This document shows positions 55,169 to 64,000 of a stretch of 64,000 bases of DNA, one piece after another. The position numbers and the translations under genes are program-made. The DNA is from Nitrospirota bacterium. Its GTDB lineage: Bacteria > Nitrospirota > Nitrospiria > Nitrospirales > Nitrospiraceae. Numbering within the stretch: the first letter of the stretch is position 1; every line of letters starts with the position of its first letter. The notes beneath the pieces are model-generated. The model made no database searches, was not told the origin of the DNA, and was given only the letters and a program-made list of their open reading frames with translations. The stretch spans positions 32,001-96,000 of the forward strand of contig CAVPBK010000003.1 in NCBI GenBank assembly GCA_963701855.1, read 5' to 3'.

Positions 55169-58100
55169 GGGCCCACCGGGGTATTCATATCCGTCACGAC
55201 CTCGGCGGCCGACAAGACGCGCGTGTAGATCCGCACGTCGTCGAGCGTGCCTGAGAAGGTGTTGTTTTTAGCCGCGACTCGAGCGTGCCGAACTTGACGA
55301 GATGATCGGCGCCGTCTGCTGTGAGACTGAGCGTCGCCGTCGTCGTCAGCACGCCGTCGATGTAGATCTTGAGCGCGTTCGTCGTGGCGCGTGCGTGACC
55401 GCGTAGTGATGCCAGTTGAGATCCGTGATCGTGCTCGACAGGACGTCGGTGTTGTTCGCGCCGAAGGCCAGCACGTTGTTGGCCTTGAAGTAGAACTCTT
55501 TGTAGCCCGCCGTTGAGGTGGCATTGTTGAACTTGCTGAAGAGGTGCTGCTGATGCCCGTCCAGGACGTTGCGTTGCGCCCAGAGCTTGAGCGTAAAGTC
55601 TTGCGTGCCGAAGTTGAAGGTGCTCGGATTGGTGACCGCCAGCTCGTCGTCAACGCCGTCGAACGACAGCGCGGTGCCGTGGGAGGCCTGGCCCGCGACC
55701 CAGGCCGGGCCGTTAATCAGCGTGCCGGCGTGGCCGTTGCCGGACAGATCCGCGGTGGTGATGCTGGTCCCTTCAGTAAAGGCGTAGGCGTCCACCAGGC
55801 CGGTGGCGGCGGCGGTGGTGGCGCTGGCAATATTGGAGTACCCGCTGAAGTTACCCGCCGCATCGGTGGCGCGCACCTGATACTGGTACGTGGTTGAGGG
55901 CAGCAGACCAGTGTCGTTGTAGGTCGTGCCGCTCGGGGTCGCGATCTGCGCAAAGGTGGTGCAGGTCGTCCCCTGACACCGTTCGAGCCCATAGCCCGTC
56001 ACCCCGACGTTGTCGGTGGCGGCGGTCCAGTTCAGCGTGATTTGGCTGCTGCCGGAGGCGGTGGCCCCTAGCCCCGTTGGGGCCGTGGGCGGGGTCGTAT
56101 CGAGCGCTGGCGTGGTGGCACTGGCAATCGTGGAATAAGGTCCCAGATTGCTCGCCGCATCGATGGCTCGTACCTGATAGCGGTAGGTGGTCAAGGGGGT
56201 GAGGCCCGTGTCGCCGAAGCTGGTGCCGATCGGTTGCCCCACTTCGAGAAAGTTGACACAGCCGGCGTCGGCGCACCGTTCGACGCGATAGCCGGTGACG
56301 CCGACGTTATCGGTCGCGGTCGTCCAGGTGAGATTGATCTGCGTCGCATTCACCGCCGTCGCGGTCGGCGTTCCCGGCGCGGTGGGCGGCGTCGTGTCCG
56401 GGCCCGGCGGACTCACCGGGGTATTCATATCCGTCACGACCTCGGCGGCCGACAAGATGCGCGTGTAGATTCGCATGTCGTCGAGCGTGCCTGAGAAAGT
56501 GTTGTTTTGAGCCCCGGACTTGAGCGTGCCGAACTTGACGAGATGATCGGCGCCGTCTGCTGTGAGACTGAGCGTCGCCGTCGTCGTCAGCACGCCGTCG
56601 ATGTAGATCTTGAGCGCGTTCGTCGTGGCGCTGTGCGTGACCGCGTAGTGATGCCAGTTGAGATCCGTGATCGTGCTCGACAGGAACGTCGGTGTTGTTC
56701 GCGCCGAAGGCCAGCACGTTGTTGGCCTTGAAGTAGAACTCTTTGTAGCCCGCCGTTGAGGTGGCATTGTTGAACTTGCTGAAGAGGTGCTGCTGATGCC
56801 CGTCCAGGACGTTGCGTTGCGCCCAGAGCTCGAGCGTAAAGTCTTGCGTGCCGAAGTTGAAGGTGCTCGGATTGGTGACCGCCAGCTCGTCGTCAACGCC
56901 GTCGAACGACAGCGCGGTGCCGTGGGAGGCCTGGCCCGCGACCCAGGCCGGGCCGTTAATCAGCGTGCCGGCGTGGCCGTTGCCGGACAGATCCGCGGTG
57001 GTGATGCTGGTCCCTTCAGTAAAGGCGTAGGCGTCCACCAGGCCGGTGGCGGCGGCGGTGGTGGCGCTGGCAATATTGGAGTACCCGCTGAAGTTACCCG
57101 CCGCATCGGTGGCGCGCACCTGATACTGGTACGTGGTTGAGGGCAGCAGACCAGTGTCGTTGTAGGTCGTGCCGCTCGGGGTCGCGATCTGCGCAAAGGT
57201 GGTGCAGGTCGTCCCCTGACACCGTTCGAGCCCATAGCCCGTCACCCCGACGTTGTCGGTGGCGGCGGTCCAGTTCAGCGTGATTTGGCTGCTGCCGGAG
57301 GCGGTGGCCCCTAGCCCCGTTGGGGCCGTGGGCGGGGTCGTATCGAGCGCTGGCGTGGTGGCACTGGCAATCGTGGAATAAGGTCCCAGATTGCTCGCCG
57401 CATCGATGGCTCGTACCTGATAGCGGTAGGTGGTCAAGGGGGTGAGGCCCGTGTCGCCGAAGCTGGTGCCGATCGGTTGCCCCACTTCGAGAAAGTTGAC
57501 ACAGCCGGCGTCGGCGCACCGTTCGACGCGATAGCCGGTGACGCCGACGTTATCGGTCGCGGTCGTCCAGGTGAGATTGATCTGCGTCGCATTCACCGCC
57601 GTCGCGGTCGGCGTTCCCGGCGCGGTGGGCGGCGTCGTGTCCGGGCCCGGCGGACTCACCGGGGTATTCATATCCGTCACGACCTCGGCGGCCGACAAGA
57701 TGCGCGTGTAGATTCGCACGTCGTCGAGCGTGCCTGAGAAAGTGTTGTTTTGAGCCCCGGACTTGAGCGTGCCGAACTTGACGAGATGATCGGCGCCGTC
57801 TGCTGTGAGACTGAGTGTCGCCGTCGTCGTCAGCACGCCGTCGATGTAGATCTTGAGCGCGTTCGTCGTGGCGCTATGCGTGACCGCGTAGTGATGCCAG
57901 TTGAGATCCGTGATCGTGCTCGACAGGACGTCGGTGTTGTTCGCGCCGAAGGCCAGCACGTTGTTGGCCTTGAAGTAGAACTCTTTGTAGCCCGCCGTTG
58001 AGGTGGCATTGTTGAACTTGCTGAAGAGGTGCTGCTGATGCCCGTCCAGGACGTTGCGTTGCGCCCAGAGCTCGAGCGTAAAGTCTTGCGTGCCGAAGTT

Positions 58101-61100
58101 GAAGGTGCTCGGATTGGTGACCGCCAGCTCGTCGTCAACGCCGTCGAACGACAGCGCGGTGCCGTGGGAGGCCTGGCCCGCGACCCAGGCCGGGCCGTTA
58201 ATCAGCGTGCCGGCGTGGCCGTTGCCGGACAGATCCGCGGTGGTGATGCTGGTCCCTTCAGTAAAAGCGTAGGCGTCCACCAGGCCGGTGGCGGCGGCGG
58301 TGGTGGCGCTGGCAATATTGGAGTACCCGCTGAAGTTACCCGCCGCATCGGTGGCGCGCACCTGATACTGGTACGTGGTTGAGGGCAGCAGACCAGTGTC
58401 GTTGTAGGTCGTGCCGCTCGGGGTCGCGATCTGCGCAAAGGTGGTGCAGGTCGTCCCCTGACACCGTTCGAGCCCATAGCCCGTCACCCCGACGTTGTCG
58501 GTGGCGGCGGTCCAGTTCAGCGTGATTTGGCTGCTGCCGGAGGCGGTGGCCCCTAGCCCCGTTGGGGCCGTGGGCGGGGTCGTATCGAGCGCTGGCGTGG
58601 TGGCACTGGCAATCGTGGAATAAGGTCCCAGATTGCTCGCCGCATCGATGGCTCGTACCTGATAGCGGTAGGTGGTCAAGGGGGTGAGGCCCGTGTCGCC
58701 GAAGCTGGTGCCGATCGGTTGCCCCACTTCGAGAAAGTTGACACAGCCGGCGTCGGCGCACCGTTCGACGCGATAGCCGGTGACGCCGACGTTATCGGTC
58801 GCGGTCGTCCAGGTGAGATTGATCTGCGTCGCATTCACCGCCGTCGCGGTCGGCGTTCCCGGCGCGGTGGGCGGGGTCGTGTCCGGGCCCGGCGGACTCA
58901 CCGGGGTATTCATATCCGTCACGACCTCGGCGGCCGACAAGATGCGCGTGTAGATTCGCACGTCGTCGAGCGTGCCTGAGAAGGTGTTGTTTTGAGCCCC
59001 GGACTTGAGCGTGCCGAACTTGACGAGATGATCGGCGCCGTCTGCTGTGAGACTGAATGTCGCCGTCGTCGTCAGCACGCCGTCGATGTAGATCTTGAGC
59101 GCGTTCGTCGTGGCGCTGTGCGTGACCGTGTAGTGATGCCAGTTGAGATCCGTGATCGTGCTCGACAGGACGTCGGTGTTGTTCGCGCCGAAGGCCAGCA
59201 CGTTGTTGGCCTTGAAGTAGAACTCTTTGTAGCCCGCCGTTGAGGTGGCATTGTTGAACTTGCTGAAGAGGTGCTGCTGATGCCCGTCCAGGACGTTGCG
59301 TTGCGCCCAGAGCTCGAGCGTAAAGTCTTGCGTGCCGAAGTTGAAGGTGCTCGGATTGGTGACCGCCAGCTCGTCGTTGACGCCGTCGAACGACAGCGCG
59401 GTGCCGTGGGAGGCCTGGCCCGCGACCCAGGCCGGGCCGTTAATCAGTGTGCCGGCGTGGCCGTTGCCGGACAGATCCGCGGTGGTGGTGCTGGTCCCCT
59501 CGTTCATCCCGTACAACAACACCGGGGCGGCGGGGGGTGGAGGATTCACGGGAGTCGTGATCGATTTCGTGTCGGTCAGTCCAGAACTATCGGTCGCCGT
59601 GAGAATAAATTCATAGGCCCAGGTCCCTAAAGGATCGTGGTTATCGACGGGAAAGCTGCCGCCACTGCCGGTGGTGTCGATAAACGGATGGATGTGCGTG
59701 TTGTGGTGGAGCAGGACCGTCCAGTGCAACGCAGTACTGGGCAACGGCCCGACGACATCGGGGTCGGTGGCTGCCCCGTGGTAGGTGGCCGTCTGGCCCA
59801 CCGTAAATTGGGCCCCTGTGGTCGGCAGGTCAATGGTGGCGACTGGGGGTGTGCTACCCACCACGACCGTGAGCGAGGCTGTGGACTTCGCGCCGAGGGG
59901 GTCCGTCACGGTCAAGCGCACCGGGAACGTCGCGACGCCACCGGCGGTATAGGTATGAACCGGATTCGGATCCGTATCGGTGGCGCCATCCCCAAACTCC
60001 CATAGATAGGTCAGCGCGCCGCCTTCCGGGTCGGACGACGCGGCGCTGGAGAAGCCGACCTGGAGCGGCGAATACCCAGCGGCAGGCGTCGTCGTCGCGG
60101 CGGCGGCAAACGGCGGGAAATTCGATCCGGTGCCACTGGTATTCCGAATGCGGGCGATTTCCCCCGTCGTGAACACCACGTAATAGAGTAACCCGTCCGG
60201 TCCCAATTCGATCGCCACGACCCCCCCATTGACATTCCCAATGGCCGAGGCGAAATCCAGCACACTCTGCACATTGCCGCTGCCATCAAACACCATCCGC
60301 TTCATCCACCCCTTGGGGTAATCCGCAAAGAAGAAGTTGCCCCGATAGGCGACCGGATATTGCGCACCGGTAAAAAACGCACCGCCGATCGCCGCACTCC
60401 CCACCGAGTGATCATAGGTGTAGCTGGGACTCGTCACGACCGCCGACGTGACCGGCTGACATTGGGCGGGAAAGGCGGCCTGATACCCCGGCTGTTGCCC
60501 GTTGCCCTCCCAGCAGGGCCACCCATAATTCGCCCCGGGCGTCCCTATATTGATTTCCTCCCAATTGTTCCACCCGACATCCCCGATATACGGCAGGCCG
60601 GTGGTTGGGTGCACGCCAAACCGAAAGGGATTCCGGAGCCCATAGGCCCAGACCTTGGACCGAATGCTATTGGTCCCGTCATTAAACGGATTTACGGTCA
60701 GCGGCGCTTGGGGCGCACTGCCATCGGGTTTAATGCGCAGAATCTTCCCGGCATAGCTATCGAGACTTTGGGACCGCAGGGCCAGCACATCGGCAAAGCT
60801 CGCCGACGCGCCGTCCCCGTGACTGGCAAAGAGCGTCCCGTCCTGGAGGAAACGGAGACTCCCGACGGAGTGCGTATAGCTATCTGTTGGAATACAGTCC
60901 GTCCCCACGGGATACTGGCTACAGGGGGGCACATCGACCGTGCCTAAGAGAATCACCTCGCTATTCGCCAGCATCACGTCGGGATTGTTGGGATCGGCGG
61001 TCACCCGACTCAGGTGGTCGGTCTTGGGGGTCGTATCGTTGGGATTGCCCCCGGCCTCGTACGTGTAGAACAGGTACACCCAGCCATTGGCCGCAAAGTT

Positions 61101-61424
61101 CGGGTCCAACGCCACGCCCAAAAATCCATGATCGGTATAGGTGTTGACCTTGCTGGAAAAATCCAAGAACGGAGTGGGCAGGAGGACGCCATTCTTGACA
61201 ATCCGAATGACTCCGTCCCGCTGCCAAATAAACAGTCTCCCGTCCGGCGTGAAGGTGAGCCCCACCGGCTTAAAGGGCGCAAGGGTAACGACCGGCTCCG
61301 AGAAAAACCCCGCACCAGCATCCGTGAAGGTGATGGCCGCGAGGGGCGGCGGCGCTAGCGTGATCAGGAAGAGCAGTATGAGGCCCTGCAGCAGCACCGT
61401 TATGTGTCCACGTTTCGTGCCCAT
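55165..61424 (-). CDS. Giant secreted protein B: GSDH propeller-PKD-Ig-LamG-(FN3-FN3-LamG)x3; frameshifts near 56686, 55390 and 55270
   Basis: Signal peptide; GFLGVALDPNF, GKILRI, WAYGLRNPFR, GANYGWP; PKD YLWEFGDG; FN3 DTTPPTAP...TDNVGVTGY; LamG ALSFDG...WHH...LDDVRIY. Confidence 0.85.
55175..59500. repeat. About 3.5 near-identical 1242-bp tandem units (LamG-FN3-FN3)
   Basis: Shadow ORFs recur at 56234, 57477 and 58719 (offsets 1243 and 1242). Confidence 0.95.
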
Positions 61425-61619
61425 CGCGCGTTTCCTTCTTCTTAGAGAACATGGTGGGGTCCGCGTCTGGGCGGGCTCCCACCTAGGGAGTCCGCCGGGT
61501 TTGTTACCTAACCGGGTGGCGAGGTTCGTGCGACGATGAGCATGCACCGACTCCTCGATAGCTTGGAGGGAATGGCCGTGTCGGCGAGGACCGGCACGGG
61601 GTGAACTCTTACGAGCAAT

Positions 61620-64000
61620 TTACCGGACATGGATGGTTACCTCCTGGTCCGGCGCGGCTGGAAGGGATTGCCCGGCTGGGGTGCGTTGCCGAAGATGAAT
61701 CGTATGCGTGCCTGGAGTCACGGCTTGAAAAATGAGGCTGGCGACCGTATTGCCCTGGTTGTTCGCGGCTTGGATCGCGAGGTCGATTTGTCCGGTCGTC
61801 GCGCTCGTCGCGACTTGGGCTGCTCCAGACACCACGCGCTGAAACTGGAGCCCGGCGCTGTCATAGGTTATGCGGGCGATAGATCCGACCAGGTTGTTCA
61901 ACAGGGTTCCGTCGATGTCGAGCCGGAGTTCCTGACCCATGGTGGCTGAAAGTTCTCCCGGCGCAATCCTAAGTTGGTTTTCAATGCGGGCCACTTTATC
62001 CGGACCTTCTCCGGACTGCTGCGGCGAGAGAACTGGTCCGGATTCTCGTGGTGCCGGAGTAACCTTGGCCGTCGACCGTCCCTGGTCCTGTGAGCCGAGT
62101 GCATCAGTTGGTCGCGATGAGGCCTGGGCTATCGCCGAGGGGTGTCCCGGTTCTGTTGAGAGCGGCGTCGATTTATATGTGGTCGGAACGACGTACGGTG
62201 CAAAGAGAGGCGTGGTGGAGTAGTTTGTTTCCGTGCCGGACCAGAAGGCCTGAGCTTCCAGTCCCGGTGTGTCCAGTTTACGGACAATATGCGGCGTGAT
62301 CGTCAACACAATCTCGGTGGCAACTGTGTCTACCTGCGTGGTTGAAAAGAGCTGCCCGATCAATGGAATGTCGCCCAGGATGGGGACCGACTGACGAGTC
62401 TTTTTCACGTCGTCTTGAATCAGTCCTCCAAGGACAATGGTTTCATCGTCCCTGAGCATGAGGACTGTTTCTGCTGTGCGGGTGCCGAATCTGAACTGTT
62501 GGATTAAGGGACTGGTCTGAAGCGTCACCTGGTCTCCCAGTCTCGTGACCTCCACTTTGATCTTGAGAGTGAGCTGGTCGTCGAGATGGATAACCGGTTC
62601 GACGGTGAGCTTTACGCCGGTGTCCTTAAATTCGATGGAGGTGACCGTCAACGTCGTCGGAACGGCTCCGGTTGCGGCCTGACCCGGCAAGACGTTGGTG
62701 GTCGAGAGGAGGATCGGTTGTTTGTCTCCGATCTGGATCGAAGCCGGTTTGTTATTCAAGACTCTCAATTTCGGTGCCGCCAACGTTTTGGCGTTGGTAT
62801 CATTTCGGAAGAAGTCGACCAGCACGCTTCCGGGAATTGTAAAGAGATAGCTCCCGCTTCCGAGGCTCGTTAGTTGTTGGAACGTGAATTGGCTGGTGAT
62901 GGGAGATGTGGTTGAGACCGTGCCGTTGAAGCCGGGAGGGACGACTGCGGCGCCGGCCACCTTGGCGAAGTTGACTCCGTACTTCAGGCTCTTGTTACGA
63001 TCCACTTCGAGGATTTCCACGTCAAGCAGGACTTCGGGGTCCGGACGGTCCACCGCATTCAAGGCTCGTTCAGCCAGCTGGAGCTTGGCCGGCTCATCCC
63101 GAATGACGAGTGCATTGATCTTCTCGTCCACGTAGACCCGTTTGCCATCAATCATCAATCGAACAAGATTCGCGACATCCTTGGCTTTGGCATGTGAAAG
63201 ATAAAAAGTGCGGATCATGAGGTCCTGGTATTGCGCCTGTTTCGGTTTGGTGTTCGGCAAGATCAACAGGGTATTGCGGTTGAGGCGTTGGGCCGTAACG
63301 TTATTGGTATTCAGGATGAGGTTGAGGGCCTCATCAAACGACATGTCTTTGATAAACACGGTCACAGGGTCGTCGGAGACTTCCTTATCGAAAATCACAT
63401 TCAGGCCCGCGGTCCGCGCGACCACTTGAAATACTTCTTTCAGCTTCGCATTCTGAAACCGGAGCGTAATCGGTTGGCTTGACGTTCCGATGCTCTTGGC
63501 TGAGAGCTGTTGGGCCGTGACCTGAGTAATGCCGGTCAGTGCCTCGGCCAGATCGGGATCCGCCTCTGCAGCCTGTTCATACGCTGTCATCGCCTCGTCA
63601 AGGCGACCAACGCCCTGCAGTTTTTTCCCTGCTTGAACCTGGTCGCGCGCAAACTTCATCCGCATAGCATCGCCAACCGCCGTTTGGTGTAGGCGCCGAG
63701 ACGGATCGAAACCCAGTGCAATCTTGAATTCGCGAAGCGCCCCGAGGATGTTGTCCTCCGAAAGATATTGTTTCCCCTGGGCGTGATGTTGGTCGGCAGC
63801 CTGCGTCTTCGCCTCATCAAGATGACGTTGGATCTCTGCATCAAACGGATTGTCCTTGGAGGCTTGTCTGTAGGCCGCCACCGCCTCCTCCCATTTGCCC
63901 TCCTGTGCCAACCGGTCAGCCCGTTGTAAATTCGAGTTAGCACAGCCCGATGTTAGAAGTGCGGCGAGCAAGAACAGGAGAGATACGCTTGTAAAGTGTT
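61620..64000 (-). CDS. gspD: Secretin (GspD family) with TPRs, second copy; reading frame open to the window edge
   Basis: LTSGC lipobox; GDKQPILLSTTNVLPGQAATGAVPTT identical to first secretin. Confidence 0.92.
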   Translation of the reverse strand, partial: HFTSVSLLFLLAALLTSGCANSNLQRADRLAQEGKWEEAVAAYRQASKDNPFDAEIQRHLDEAKTQAADQHHAQGKQYLSEDNILGALREFKIALGFDPSRRLHQTAVGDAMRMKFARDQVQAGKKLQGVGRLDEAMTAYEQAAEADPDLAEALTGITQVTAQQLSAKSIGTSSQPITLRFQNAKLKEVFQVVARTAGLNVIFDKEVSDDPVTVFIKDMSFDEALNLILNTNNVTAQRLNRNTLLILPNTKPKQAQYQDLMIRTFYLSHAKAKDVANLVRLMIDGKRVYVDEKINALVIRDEPAKLQLAERALNAVDRPDPEVLLDVEILEVDRNKSLKYGVNFAKVAGAAVVPPGFNGTVSTTSPITSQFTFQQLTSLGSGSYLFTIPGSVLVDFFRNDTNAKTLAAPKLRVLNNKPASIQIGDKQPILLSTTNVLPGQAATGAVPTTLTVTSIEFKDTGVKLTVEPVIHLDDQLTLKIKVEVTRLGDQVTLQTSPLIQQFRFGTRTAETVLMLRDDETIVLGGLIQDDVKKTRQSVPILGDIPLIGQLFSTTQVDTVATEIVLTITPHIVRKLDTPGLEAQAFWSGTETNYSTTPLFAPYVVPTTYKSTPLSTEPGHPSAIAQASSRPTDALGSQDQGRSTAKVTPAPRESGPVLSPQQSGEGPDKVARIENQLRIAPGELSATMGQELRLDIDGTLLNNLVGSIARITYDSAGLQFQRVVSGAAQVATSATTGQIDLAIQAANNQGNTVASLIFQAVTPGTHTIHLRQRTPAGQSLPAAPDQEVTIHVR

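Noticed and set aside
49123..61539. Long + strand and alternate-frame ORFs over the giant genes
   Set aside because: Shadow ORFs of GC-rich repetitive coding sequence that recur with the repeat period

Overview
Bacterial chromosome segment with moderately high GC. The intergenic repeat families and gene set suggest a Nitrospira-like organism (inference). From left to right: (1) a giant, slightly diverged inverted duplication covering at least 1-4654, folded at 2327/2328 with almost no spacer. It holds two head-to-head copies of an AT-rich gene, the left one broken by a nonsense codon. (2) A lipoprotein with a PQQ-type glucose/sorbosone dehydrogenase domain. (3) A lasso-peptide-like RiPP cluster: RRE/PqqD, an unannotated 47-aa precursor at 8579-8722, HPr-kinase-like kinase, nucleotidyltransferase, B2 leader protease and ABC exporter. 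It has no lasso cyclase and the core peptide has no Asp/Glu; this is the best candidate for an undescribed system. (4) A nucleotide-sugar dehydrogenase and a T2SS/T4P-like operon. (5) A housekeeping block (uxs, proA, pyrR-pyrB-pyrC-carA-sppA-carB-greA) with a PyrR attenuator. (6) A second, convergent, paralogous T2SS-like operon containing two giant GSDH-PKD-(FN3/LamG)n genes, each coupled to a LysM gene, with near-identical ~1.24-kb internal repeats and several frameshifts. Many intergenic MITE/REP-like elements are present, two carrying the 3' end of a four-helix-bundle gene. No rRNA, tRNA or CRISPR array was seen. All family assignments come from motif recognition by eye, not database searches.
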